Shown here one piece after another: positions 28,194 through 39,179 of a DNA stretch of 64,000 nucleotides. The stretch covers positions 96,001 through 160,000 of the forward strand of contig CAXXTH010000010.1 in NCBI GenBank assembly GCA_963668025.2, read 5' to 3'. Under the pieces are notes generated by a model. The model did not search any database and was not told the origin of the DNA. It saw nothing but the letters and a program-made list of their open reading frames with translations. Every line of letters begins with the position of its first letter. Position 1 is the first letter of the stretch. A program made the position numbers and the translations under genes. The DNA comes from Candidatus Hydrogenedentota bacterium (GTDB lineage Bacteria > Hydrogenedentota > Hydrogenedentia > Hydrogenedentales > SLHB01).

Positions 28194-30914
28194 TTACACC
28201 GTCTCTTCCGCGTCTTCAGAATCTTTCTTCTTGGTGCGGCGGCGGCGGGTCGATACCTCTTTATCAGAAGTCTTCTCCCGCTGCGAGAGCGTGCCTTTGA
28301 ATTGGCTTAGATAATGCGCGATGGCGCTGGCGATGTAGATGGACGAGTAGGTGCCGACCACGATGCCTACGGCAAGCGCAAGCGCGAAGTCAAAGATCAC
28401 CGAGCCTCCCAGGAATAGCAGGACCACCACCACAATGAATGTCGTAAACGAGGTAAGGATGGTCCGGCTTAATGTCTGGTTAATACTCAGATCCATGATC
28501 TCCATCAGGGACATTCCCCTTCCTCGATAGAGCTTCATATTTTCGCGTATCCGGTCAAATACCACGATGGTGTCATTGATAGAGTAACCAACGATGGTCA
28601 GCAACGCGGCGATAACCGTGATGGAGATTTGGCGGTGGAATAGCGCGAAAATGCCCACCGTGATGAGCACGTCATGCACCAACGCCACCACGGCGCCCAC
28701 GCCAAACGTAAACTCGAACCGGAACGCCACATAAATGATCATGAAGAAAAACGAAAGAAGGAGCGAATAGACCGCGTCTTTCTTGAGTTGTTCGCCCACC
28801 GTCGGGCCAACGGTCTGCACTTGCTCCATCTCGACTTTTGCGGTCTGAGAATCGCCTGCATTAGCGGGAGCGGGCGCATCTGACGCGAGCGAAGCCAGGG
28901 CGGCCTGCACTTTGCCGGACACCGTGGCGTCTTCCGGATTCGCGCTCGGGGCGGCCGCATCCGCCGCCACTTCAACATCGGGAATGCGAATCATGAAACG
29001 ATTCGGCATTTCGGCGGATTGTTCATATTCTTGCACAACAGGTTCGGTGAATCCCGCTTCCGTTAATTTTTCACGCACATCAGCCACCGGAACGGTCTCG
29101 GTTCCATGCAGGTTGATCACCATATTGGTGCCCGTGGTGAAATCGACGCCGAACATGCCGTAGCTGCTCTGCGTGCGCACAGCAAACGCAACTAGGCCAA
29201 TCACGATGATGCTGATGCTTGCCAACATACAAACGCGGCGCTTGGCCATGAAGCCGATATGGGTATCCGGCTTGATGATGCTCATCATGTACAACTTGCC
29301 CAGCAAGTTGCGCTCCGCGAGGAAGTCAAACATCGCCCGGCAGACCACCAGGGAGACGAACACGCTGGCGCATATGCCTACGATAAGCGTAATAGCAAAA
29401 CCTTTGACAGGCCCGCTGCCAAATTGGAACAACACCGCGGCAGCGATAACCGTCGTGAGATTCGCATCCACGATGGTTACTTGGGCGCGTTTAAAGCCGT
29501 TGTCTATCGACGCCAGCATCGAGCGCCCGTTGCGCATCTCTTCACGGATACGCTCGTAAATCAGCACGTTGGAGTCCACCGCCATACCGATGGTCAGAAT
29601 CAAACCCGCGATGCCTGGGAGCGTTAGCGTGGTGTTGAAATAGGCCAGCGTAGCCAGAATCAGGATGGCGTTCACCACCTGGGCGATATCCGCGATGATG
29701 CCGGGGAGGCGGTAGTAGTAGCCCATGAAGAGGATAACCAGGATGACGGCGAAGATACCCGAGATAACGCCTTGCCGGACCGAATCGGAGCCAAGCGTAG
29801 CGCCCACGACGCCAGTGAACTCCTCTTTTATTTTTGCGGGCATCGAACCAGAATTTAGGGCGATAGCCAAATCACGCGCTTCTTCCGAGGAGAAATCACC
29901 CGTAATCTCGCCATTTGTCGTAATGCGGCTGTTAATTGTCGGGGAGGACTCGACAACGCCATCCACGACGATGGACATGTTGCGGCCCACATTCTTCTCC
30001 GTCGCTTCACCGAATAGGCGTCCGCCTTCGCCATCCAGCGCGAATAGAATCATGAAGCTGCCATCAATGCTTTCAGGATTGGGCCGGGCGGAAGCCTGTT
30101 TCAGGTGTTCGCCGGACATCATCTGCTGCTTCTCGAGCAGATAAAGCTTGTAGCGCTTGACCTCGTCCCAAGGCTTGGGCTTGTTGCTGAAAGCGATCAC
30201 CTGGCCTTCTGGGATAAGGCCGGGAGTCTCTTGCGCCTGCTTCACGACCTGGCTGATATTGTCAAAATACTCGGCGTCAAACTCGAAACCTTGGCCGCGC
30301 GTGCCGCGCTTGAGATATGGCAGAAATTGCCTCGGGAATTTACGCTCGATATCGCTAAACACCTTGGCCGTGGCTTCCGGCTGCACCTCGATTTGGAAAG
30401 TGAGGTGGGCCTGCTTCATGATAAGCTGCCGGGCGCGGTCTACATTCTTCTCGCCAGGAAGCTGGATCTGAATCTGCCGGTCGCCATACGCTTGGATAAT
30501 CGGCTCTTTTGACCCGAATTCATTCACGCGGCGCTCGATGGTGCGCAACGCCATGGTCTGGAATTCGCTGACAATTTGCTTGTCCGATAATCCCCCATCC
30601 TTCATCTCTTGGATGATGCTGGGGTCCACGGAATCCATATCGAGCCCGATGGTCATCTGGATGCCGCCCTGAAGATCGAGGCCGAGATTGATGACGCGCG
30701 CGCGGTCGCATTGCGCCCAGCGGCGCACGCTCTTTTTTAAATCTTTCCAGGCATTGGGTTTTTCAAAAATGCGATCTTCTTCCTGCCACTGCTTGAGGCG
30801 CGCCTCACGGGACGCATCCGACATCGCCATCCATCCAACAGTAGGATATATATAGATGAATGACACAATCAGCGCCGCTGCGATAAGAAGGGTCCGAAAC
30901 GTATGCTTGTGCAT
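28194..30914 (-). CDS. secDF: Fused protein translocase subunit SecDF
   Basis: LGLDLQGG, GMAVDSNVLIYERIREE, GVDFTTG, GYSINDTIVVFDRIRE. Confidence 0.95.
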   Translation of the reverse strand: MHKHTFRTLLIAAALIVSFIYIYPTVGWMAMSDASREARLKQWQEEDRIFEKPNAWKDLKKSVRRWAQCDRARVINLGLDLQGGIQMTIGLDMDSVDPSIIQEMKDGGLSDKQIVSEFQTMALRTIERRVNEFGSKEPIIQAYGDRQIQIQLPGEKNVDRARQLIMKQAHLTFQIEVQPEATAKVFSDIERKFPRQFLPYLKRGTRGQGFEFDAEYFDNISQVVKQAQETPGLIPEGQVIAFSNKPKPWDEVKRYKLYLLEKQQMMSGEHLKQASARPNPESIDGSFMILFALDGEGGRLFGEATEKNVGRNMSIVVDGVVESSPTINSRITTNGEITGDFSSEEARDLAIALNSGSMPAKIKEEFTGVVGATLGSDSVRQGVISGIFAVILVILFMGYYYRLPGIIADIAQVVNAILILATLAYFNTTLTLPGIAGLILTIGMAVDSNVLIYERIREEMRNGRSMLASIDNGFKRAQVTIVDANLTTVIAAAVLFQFGSGPVKGFAITLIVGICASVFVSLVVCRAMFDFLAERNLLGKLYMMSIIKPDTHIGFMAKRRVCMLASISIIVIGLVAFAVRTQSSYGMFGVDFTTGTNMVINLHGTETVPVADVREKLTEAGFTEPVVQEYEQSAEMPNRFMIRIPDVEVAADAAAPSANPEDATVSGKVQAALASLASDAPAPANAGDSQTAKVEMEQVQTVGPTVGEQLKKDAVYSLLLSFFFMIIYVAFRFEFTFGVGAVVALVHDVLITVGIFALFHRQISITVIAALLTIVGYSINDTIVVFDRIRENMKLYRGRGMSLMEIMDLSINQTLSRTILTSFTTFIVVVVLLFLGGSVIFDFALALAVGIVVGTYSSIYIASAIAHYLSQFKGTLSQREKTSDKEVSTRRRRTKKKDSEDAEETV

Positions 30915-30952
30915 GGTTCACTCCACAGATGCTAACCGCTGGTTAATGGCTC

Positions 30953-31357
30953 TCATTTGCCGTTTTCGCCGGAATCATCATCCAAGTCGCTGCTGATGAC
31001 GCGGGATACGGCCGCCCGGAGAAACTCCATCTTTACATTAGGCTCTTCACTGACGCGCAGCACCGCCGTCTTTTCTTTAAGCCCTACGATGACGCCGACA
31101 ATGCCGCCTGTAGTCAAGACTTTGTCGCCTTTAGCAAGGCGGGATAGCATCTCCCGGCGTTCTTTTTCGCGTTTCTGCTGGGGCCGGAACATCAGGAAAT
31201 ACATGATGGCGACCATGGCGATGATGAGGAAAAAGGGGCCTTGAAGAAAGCTAGATGCTCCAGCTCCAGCTCCCGTCCCCGTTCCCGGTGTGCCTCCGCT
31301 CTCCGCCTGCGCCACCACGGCGGCCTGCGCAACGGTAAATAGTAATGAATGCAGCAC
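30953..31357 (-). CDS. yajC: Preprotein translocase subunit YajC
   Basis: MYFLMFRPQQKREK..L.KGDKVLTTGGIVG; GTG start with GAGGAG RBS. Confidence 0.92.
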   Translation of the reverse strand: MLHSLLFTVAQAAVVAQAESGGTPGTGTGAGAGASSFLQGPFFLIIAMVAIMYFLMFRPQQKREKERREMLSRLAKGDKVLTTGGIVGVIVGLKEKTAVLRVSEEPNVKMEFLRAAVSRVISSDLDDDSGENGK

Positions 31358-31472
31358 TATCCAATTCCTCCTCTGATGGGGCCTCCCCCATCGTGATTCG
31401 CTTCCGGCAAAACGCACGCCCCCGCTGAAATGGGACACGTTTAGGCACTATGCGCCGCAACGCACATCCTGC

Positions 31473-32837
<1,365 letters not shown>

Positions 32838-32978
32838 TCAGAAAATGCAGGGGAGCGGGGAGGTTCGCAGAACGGGAAAAGACATCGCTGGCTGCTTATG
32901 CTATAGTGTGCGGCGCATGGCGCGAAGGCGCTGTGCATAGGCTGTTGGCTCTGGATAAACGCGAACAGGGAAGACGGT

Positions 32979-33671
32979 ATGGCTAGTGGACTCTGGAAGA
33001 CATTAACCACATCAATTGTCCGCAAACAGCTTGTGGCCCTGACAGGCTTGATGATGATCAGCTTCCTGCTGGCGCATCTGGCGGGTCTTTTCACCCTCTA
33101 TGGCGGCCCAGCGCTTCTGGAGGCCTACTCGAAGAAACTCCATCAATTGGGCCCGCTGCTTTGGATCATGCGCGCCGGCCTGCTCACGGCGGTTTTGACG
33201 CACATGACCTGCACGATCTCGCTGGTGCTCGAAAACCGTGCGGCGCGCGGGATTCCTTATTCCCAAAAAAATGATTTTGGCGGCACCACCTTCGCCAAGC
33301 GGACCATGATCTACACCGGCATCTTGATCGCCTCCTACGTGTGCTTTCACCTCCATGACTTTACCTTTAGCAGCCATGCCGGCCCTTCAAGCATGGTGGA
33401 CGGGCAATCCTACGGCGTGGGCGGCGTAGTGTGGAACGCCTTTGGCAATCCCGCGCACGCCCTATTATATATGGTGGTGGTATGTGTCGTGGGATTGCAT
33501 CTGAGCAACGCCGTGCAGGGCTTTTTACAGACCCTCGGGCTAAGTGATCGCGGCCTCAAGCCCTATCTCATTCTATTCGGCAACATCACGGGCATCGCCG
33601 TGGCCCTTGGCTTCGGCTCGATTCCTGTATACATCCTTCTCACCCATTTGCTAAGCAAGGCGGGAGGCTGA
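32979..33671 (+). CDS. sdhC: Succinate dehydrogenase/fumarate reductase cytochrome b subunit
   Basis: [19 protein letters not shown]; five TM helices with heme-ligand His; 2 bp upstream of sdhA. Confidence 0.9.
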   Translation: MASGLWKTLTTSIVRKQLVALTGLMMISFLLAHLAGLFTLYGGPALLEAYSKKLHQLGPLLWIMRAGLLTAVLTHMTCTISLVLENRAARGIPYSQKNDFGGTTFAKRTMIYTGILIASYVCFHLHDFTFSSHAGPSSMVDGQSYGVGGVVWNAFGNPAHALLYMVVVCVVGLHLSNAVQGFLQTLGLSDRGLKPYLILFGNITGIAVALGFGSIPVYILLTHLLSKAGG

Positions 33672-33673
33672 AC

Positions 33674-35587
33674 ATGCTGCTTGATTCCCATGCGCCAGGC
33701 GGCCCGATTCATGAAAAATGGACCCGCCACAAGGCCGATATGAAGCTGGTCAATCCGGCCAATAAACGCAAGCACACCATACTTGTCGTTGGCACGGGCC
33801 TCGCGGGCGCGTCCGCCGCCGCGACTTTGTCGGAATTGGGCTACCACGTCAAGTCTTTCTGCATCCAAGACACCCCCCGCCGCGCCCATAGCATCGCCGC
33901 CCAGGGCGGCATCAACGCCGCAAAAAATTACCAGAACGACGGCGACAGCGTATACCGCTTGTTTTACGATACGATGAAAGGCGGCGACTTCCGTTCACGC
34001 GAGGCCAATGTCCACCGCCTGGCCGAATTGAGCGTACAAATCATCGACCACTGCGTGGCCCAGGGCGTGCCCTTCGCGCGCGAATACGGCGGCCTGCTCG
34101 ATAACCGCTCCTTCGGCGGCGCGCAGGTGAGCCGCACATTCTACGCCCGGGGCCAGACAGGCCAGCAACTGCTGCTCGGGGCCTACAGCGCCATGATGAA
34201 GGAAGCGCATCGCGGCGGCATCGAGCTGTTTACGCGGCATGAATTGCTCGAACTGGTCGTTATTGATGGCAAGGCGCGCGGCATCATCTGCCGCAATCTG
34301 CTGACGGGCGCCCTCGAGCGCCATGTGGGCGATGCCGTCATCCTCGCCACGGGCGGCTACGGCAATGTGTTCTACCTATCGACCAACGCGAAGGCGTCAA
34401 ATGTGACCGCCACATGGCGCGCCCACCAGAAAGGCGCGTTCTTCGCCAATCCGTGCTACACGCAGATCCACCCCACGTGCATCCCCGTCCATGGCGATTA
34501 CCAGGCGAAACTCTCGCTCATGAGCGAAAGCCTGCGCAATGACGGCCGCATCTGGGTGCCCAAAGATCCAAACGACCCGCGCCCGCCAAACCAAATCCCG
34601 GATGCGGATCGTGATTACTACCTCGAACGGCGCTATCCCACGTTCGGCAATCTCGTGCCGCGCGATGTGGCGTCGCGAGCGGCAAAAGCGGAGTGCGACG
34701 CGGGCCGGGGCGTGGGCGATACGAAAATGGCCGTATACCTCGACTTTCGCGACGCCATCGAGCGCTTGGGCAAGGAGGGCATCTTCGCGCGTTACGGCAA
34801 CCTGTTCCAGATGTATGGGCGCATCATGGCGGAAAATCCCTATGAAACACCCATGATGATCTACCCCGCCGTCCATTACGCCATGGGCGGCCTATGGGTG
34901 GACTACCACCTCATGAGCAACCTGCCTGGATTGCACGTCTTGGGCGAGGCGAATTTCTCGGACCACGGCGCGAACCGCCTGGGCGCGAGCGCCCTCATGC
35001 AAGGCCTGGCCGACGGCTACTTCATCATCCCCTACACGCTGGGCCATTACCTCGCCACCACCGCCCTGGATAAGGTGGACACGGACCACCCCGAGTTTGC
35101 CGCCGCCGAAGAGGCCGCACGACAGCGGACGAACCGCCTGCTCGCCATTAAAGGCCGCAAGACCACCGACGAATTCCACCGTGAATTGGGCCTGCTGCTC
35201 TGGGACAAGTGCGGCATGTCGCGCAACCGCACCGGACTCCAGGAAGCCCTCGAACGCATCCCCGCCTTGCGCGAAGAATTCTGGGAGAACGCCATCGTGC
35301 CCGGCGCGGGTGAAACCTTCAACCAAAGCCTAGAGAAAGCCGGGCGCGTGGCCGATTTTCTCGAATTCGCCGAATTGATGGTCCGCGACGCCCTCCACCG
35401 CGAGGAATCCTGCGGCGCGCATTTCCGCGAGGAATACCAGACCGAAGACGGCGAAGCCCTCCGCAACGACGAAGATTTTTGTTACGTAGCGGCGTGGGAG
35501 TTCAAGGGCAAAGATAAGCAACCTTTGCTGCACAAAGAGCCCCTCGATTTTGAAGAGGCGCATCTCGCCACACGGAGTTATAAGTAA
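33674..35587 (+). CDS. sdhA: Succinate dehydrogenase/fumarate reductase flavoprotein
   Basis: [20 protein letters not shown] (covalent FAD His), [28 protein letters not shown]. Confidence 0.95.
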   Translation: MLLDSHAPGGPIHEKWTRHKADMKLVNPANKRKHTILVVGTGLAGASAAATLSELGYHVKSFCIQDTPRRAHSIAAQGGINAAKNYQNDGDSVYRLFYDTMKGGDFRSREANVHRLAELSVQIIDHCVAQGVPFAREYGGLLDNRSFGGAQVSRTFYARGQTGQQLLLGAYSAMMKEAHRGGIELFTRHELLELVVIDGKARGIICRNLLTGALERHVGDAVILATGGYGNVFYLSTNAKASNVTATWRAHQKGAFFANPCYTQIHPTCIPVHGDYQAKLSLMSESLRNDGRIWVPKDPNDPRPPNQIPDADRDYYLERRYPTFGNLVPRDVASRAAKAECDAGRGVGDTKMAVYLDFRDAIERLGKEGIFARYGNLFQMYGRIMAENPYETPMMIYPAVHYAMGGLWVDYHLMSNLPGLHVLGEANFSDHGANRLGASALMQGLADGYFIIPYTLGHYLATTALDKVDTDHPEFAAAEEAARQRTNRLLAIKGRKTTDEFHRELGLLLWDKCGMSRNRTGLQEALERIPALREEFWENAIVPGAGETFNQSLEKAGRVADFLEFAELMVRDALHREESCGAHFREEYQTEDGEALRNDEDFCYVAAWEFKGKDKQPLLHKEPLDFEEAHLATRSYK

Positions 35588-35687
35588 AGCTTTTATCGAT
35601 ATTTATGATTTTTTTGACGTGTTAGAGCCGTTCAAGTTAAAGCAGTTGCTGTTGCTCTCGAGGTTGAATCGCTCTCGTCACGTGTTT

Positions 35688-36632
35688 TCATCCTTTGGCC
35701 ATCCGGAGCACTTCGGCGGCCATTTCCCAGGATTTTATGGGGTCATGGCACGTTTCCGTAGTGCCAATCTGGCCTTTCCAGGCCCACACATACAGGGCAT
35801 CGGGCTTTTCCCGCACCAGGATGCGGCCTTGGTCCAGAATGCGCTGCTCGCGCCCGGCGCGGACTCCCCAGCATTGCAGCCATTCGTGGTGTATCTTGCC
35901 CGTTTCATGGCATAAGGCCGCCAAGTCGCGTATCATGGGGGTCATTTCCTCGACATCGATATCCTCGTTCACCCAGTAGATATCCGTACCCAAATTGTCT
36001 AAAAACTCGATTTGGGACGCTTTCGCCCAGATATCGCGGTCGCAGGGCATGACGCAGCATTGCGTTTCCGTATGGGGAAAACTGGTTTTGCAGAATTCGG
36101 CGATCTCGCGGACATACTCGATCACGCAGCGATGGCGGAATTCGGCGGCTTGGACTTCCTCCGCCGCCCCCAAATCGCCGCCGTACCATTCCATGTAGCG
36201 GGCGCGGCAGGAAGTGCAATAACATTCCCATAACGGGGTGGGCTCATCGACGAAATAGCCCTCGAAACCGAGTTCCGTGGCGGTATGGAGCATCTCTTTA
36301 ATGCGCGCCACGCACAGGCGGTTCACGTAACACCCCGCGGAGCGGTGGGCTCCATCGCGCCCGCGCTGGAATCCCTCGGGATGTTCGAGTAGAAACTGGC
36401 TCGAACGGCCTCCGCCGAACAAGTTGAGAGCGCCCCAAAAAATGGCCAAAGGCCTCAGGCCCATGTCTTTAGCTATTCGCGGCGTGAATTGTATTTTCCC
36501 CGTGAAATGTACGAAATCATTTTCCTGGGCGGATACGAGCACGTCGTCGCATCCCAATTGTTTCATTTCCGCAAGGTCTGTTTTGATGTGGACTGGATTA
36601 TGGTGGCCCATGTAAGAGACGCCCGTACGCAT
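35688..36632 (-). CDS. Hypothetical TIM-barrel protein, glycoside hydrolase-like
   Basis: GYFVDEP followed by CYCTSC, reminiscent of GH42-like barrels; GAAGGGGG RBS-like sequence before MRTG. Confidence 0.6.
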   Translation of the reverse strand: MRTGVSYMGHHNPVHIKTDLAEMKQLGCDDVLVSAQENDFVHFTGKIQFTPRIAKDMGLRPLAIFWGALNLFGGGRSSQFLLEHPEGFQRGRDGAHRSAGCYVNRLCVARIKEMLHTATELGFEGYFVDEPTPLWECYCTSCRARYMEWYGGDLGAAEEVQAAEFRHRCVIEYVREIAEFCKTSFPHTETQCCVMPCDRDIWAKASQIEFLDNLGTDIYWVNEDIDVEEMTPMIRDLAALCHETGKIHHEWLQCWGVRAGREQRILDQGRILVREKPDALYVWAWKGQIGTTETCHDPIKSWEMAAEVLRMAKG

Positions 36633-36932
36633 CTGAATACCCCCTTCTGCCTGCTGCTGGACACAGCGTATTTCATTTGCTTGGAAAACCGCCATGATAC
36701 TCCATGTCGAATGTGAATTCGAATGAAGTTTTTGCTCTGGGCAGCCGTTATATGGGTAGCGCGGATAAGGTGCTGTAGGGTGCTAATATTGCTAAAAACT
36801 TTTAATATTCTGGATTCGCCCTCATTAGTCGGCGATGTGCATAACTTGCGGATTGAACGGCGCGTTCGGGTTGTTATGTAGATGGCGGCGGCGTACGGAT
36901 GACGCCCGGAAACGGCTTGAAAGCTCATATAT

Positions 36933-36961
36933 TAGACTCACGTGCGTTTGGATGTTATACT
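36933..36961 (+). promoter_or_regulatory. Sigma70-type promoter of mcsA
   Basis: TAGACT-17 bp-TATACT with TG extension, followed by AAGGAGGT RBS. Confidence 0.6.
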
Positions 36962-36982
36962 ATATGCAAGGAGGTATGCGGC

Positions 36983-37648
36983 ATGATTTGCCAGAAATGC
37001 CATAAGAATTTGGCTACAATGCGGTACGCGGAGGTCATCAAAGGCCGTGTGTCTGAGCTGATGATCTGTGCGTCCTGCTATGCCTCCATGTCTCAAGATG
37101 AAACGGCGGGCTTTGAGATCGCCGGCACGGCTCCTTCGCCGCGAATGAAAACGCTCCGGCGTGCCACACGAAATGCGGACCAGGAAAAAACAAAACTGGT
37201 GTGCGGTACGTGCCAGACAGCGGGGAGCGAGGTGCTGGAGACGCATCGCGCCGGATGCAGCGCTTGTTATGAGGAGTTTCGGGAGATACTCGCGCCTGTG
37301 CTCGAAGAGCTCCATGGGGCCGCCCGCCATCGGGGCCGGACAGCCCATATCGACACGGTGCGCGCACGCCTTCGGGCGGATTTGCTCATGCGGCGCTCGC
37401 TGTTGCGTAGCGCCCTGCAAAGCGAACAATACGAGGAGGCGGCCTGCCTTCGTGACGCCATACGGGATATTGAAAACAGCTTGAACCAGCCCGAGGCCGA
37501 AACGGAACGGGTAAAATGCGCCTTGTGTGGAGCGGCGATTGACGAACCCGGCAAGATGTTCTGCCCAGCTTGCCAGACTTCTCTGGTGAAAAACGTTTTT
37601 AAGACGGCTTCGCCGTTGGGGCACGCCCGGCAAAGCGGAAAGGACTGA
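36983..37648 (+). CDS. mcsA: McsA-like protein (4 CxxC, UVR domain, extra C-terminal zinc ribbon)
   Basis: CQKC, CASC, CGTC, GCSACY; EQYEEAACLRDAIR UVR motif; extra CALC..FCPAC. Confidence 0.85.
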   Translation: MICQKCHKNLATMRYAEVIKGRVSELMICASCYASMSQDETAGFEIAGTAPSPRMKTLRRATRNADQEKTKLVCGTCQTAGSEVLETHRAGCSACYEEFREILAPVLEELHGAARHRGRTAHIDTVRARLRADLLMRRSLLRSALQSEQYEEAACLRDAIRDIENSLNQPEAETERVKCALCGAAIDEPGKMFCPACQTSLVKNVFKTASPLGHARQSGKD

Positions 37649-37654
37649 CGCATT

Positions 37655-38698
37655 ATGCACGAAGTCCTACTAGATCAGCCAGTGGAATGGCTTGCGGGCG
37701 GCGGTCCCGATTCCGATGTGGCCCTGCATTCACATGGCGCGCTTGCGCGTAATGTGGCGGGCTATCCGTTTGTCCAAAAATGTACGGAATTCGAGCTACG
37801 CGCCATTGAAGAGCGGATCCTTGGCATACTCGAGAGCGAAGATACTTCCGCCCGTGAGCGCTACTATTCCTTTGACGGTTTGAGCAGCCTTGCCCAGCGC
37901 TGCTTGGTCGAGCGCGGCCTTGCGAGCGAAGCGCTTATTGAAGCGGCGGGACCCCGGGGCGTATTGGTAGCCGAAAATCAAAGCGCCAGCATTTCCATCA
38001 ATGGCGGCGAGCACATCGTGTTGCAGGCTTTAACGCCTGGTTTGCAGCCCCAAGAGGTTTGGCAGCAGCTTGGCGCGATGGAATCCGTGTTGTTAAATCC
38101 GCTGGATGCGGCGTTTGATGAAACCTATGGTTTTTTAACTGCTTCGCTCGAACTGCTGGGCACGGGTCTGTCCTTGGAGGTGCTGCTTCACTTGCCCGCC
38201 TTGGCGATGACTGGGCGGCTGATGAAAGTGGAGCGGGAGGCGCGCAGCATGCGCCAGCGCCTCGAGGGCGCTTTTGGCCCAGTGAGTGAAGGCCCGGGAG
38301 ATTTGTATTATCTCAAAAACGCGGCGACGCTCGGTGTTTCCGAGGAAGAGATCGTGTTTCATCTGCGCCATGCCGCCGCGGCGATCATTGGCCAGGAGAG
38401 GCTTGCGCGCCGCACACTGCTGGATGAAGGGCGCACTAGCCTCGAGGACCGCGTAGGCCGGGCGCTCGGATTGGCGCGCGGTGCGCGGCTGCTCGAGTTT
38501 GAAGAAGCGCTGGCCATTCTCTCGTCGCTCAGATTGGGCGCGGTGGCGGGCCTGCTCGAGCATATCGAGCCTAAAATGCTCAACGAAATGCTCTTGCTGT
38601 CACATCCCGCCCATATTCAGATGAAGCTCGGCGGCGAAGTGGATGCGCTCCGGCAAAGCATCGAGCGCGCCGAGTTGTTTCGCAGCCGCCTGGCGTAA
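37655..38698 (+). CDS. mcsB: McsB-like phosphagen-kinase-fold protein with degenerate active site
   Basis: Scaffold motifs GPDSD, LARN, GFLT, GTG, HLPAL, TLG.SE, EDRV.R, RLG retained; synteny with mcsA and clpC; catalytic motifs altered. Confidence 0.85.
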   Translation: MHEVLLDQPVEWLAGGGPDSDVALHSHGALARNVAGYPFVQKCTEFELRAIEERILGILESEDTSARERYYSFDGLSSLAQRCLVERGLASEALIEAAGPRGVLVAENQSASISINGGEHIVLQALTPGLQPQEVWQQLGAMESVLLNPLDAAFDETYGFLTASLELLGTGLSLEVLLHLPALAMTGRLMKVEREARSMRQRLEGAFGPVSEGPGDLYYLKNAATLGVSEEEIVFHLRHAAAAIIGQERLARRTLLDEGRTSLEDRVGRALGLARGARLLEFEEALAILSSLRLGAVAGLLEHIEPKMLNEMLLLSHPAHIQMKLGGEVDALRQSIERAELFRSRLA

Positions 38699-38824
38699 GG
38701 CTTGTCTGCCTGGCGCTGGCGATTGCACTTTTTTTGTTAACCGCATATGGACATAAATTAACATAGCGCGGCATAGCCGCAACCAAAGAGCCGGATGTTG
38801 AGACCACTAAATACACTAAAATTT

Positions 38825-38846
38825 GTAGGGTGGGGCTTGCCCCACC
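38825..38846 (+). repeat. GTAG-type REP
   Basis: GTAGGGTGGGGCTTGCCCCACC, identical to the copies at 50961 and 51002. Confidence 0.85.
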
Positions 38847-39179
38847 GCTCAAGGAATACGCCTATATAGTCCAAACATAACTATTTGATATGCAAGGTTT
38901 TATCAGGAAAATCTTCGCTAGAAAACGACATCCTGAAAGATAGTAGTGCGAATGTAGAATAGGCTTGGTGGGTTTTCCCCGTCTTTCAGCAATAACGCTA
39001 TGGTGGGCTGAGCCTTATCATAAGATTCTCAAGAATCGGTATGATCCGTGGATTATGATATTCTGTCATCTCGTGAAAATGGATGCCCTATGATACGAAG
39101 GCGTTGTAGCAGGCGCGGTGTAATGCAACTCGTGAAAGCTTCTAGACGCCTTCTGATGTAAGAAAGGAACCACACAGCC

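Noticed and set aside
36700-39179. CtsR box or CIRCE element upstream of mcsA/clpC
   Set aside because: No GGTCAAA direct repeat or TTAGCACTC-N9-GAGTGCTAA was found. TGCTAATATTGCTAAAA at ~36781 resembles only half of the blaI operator.
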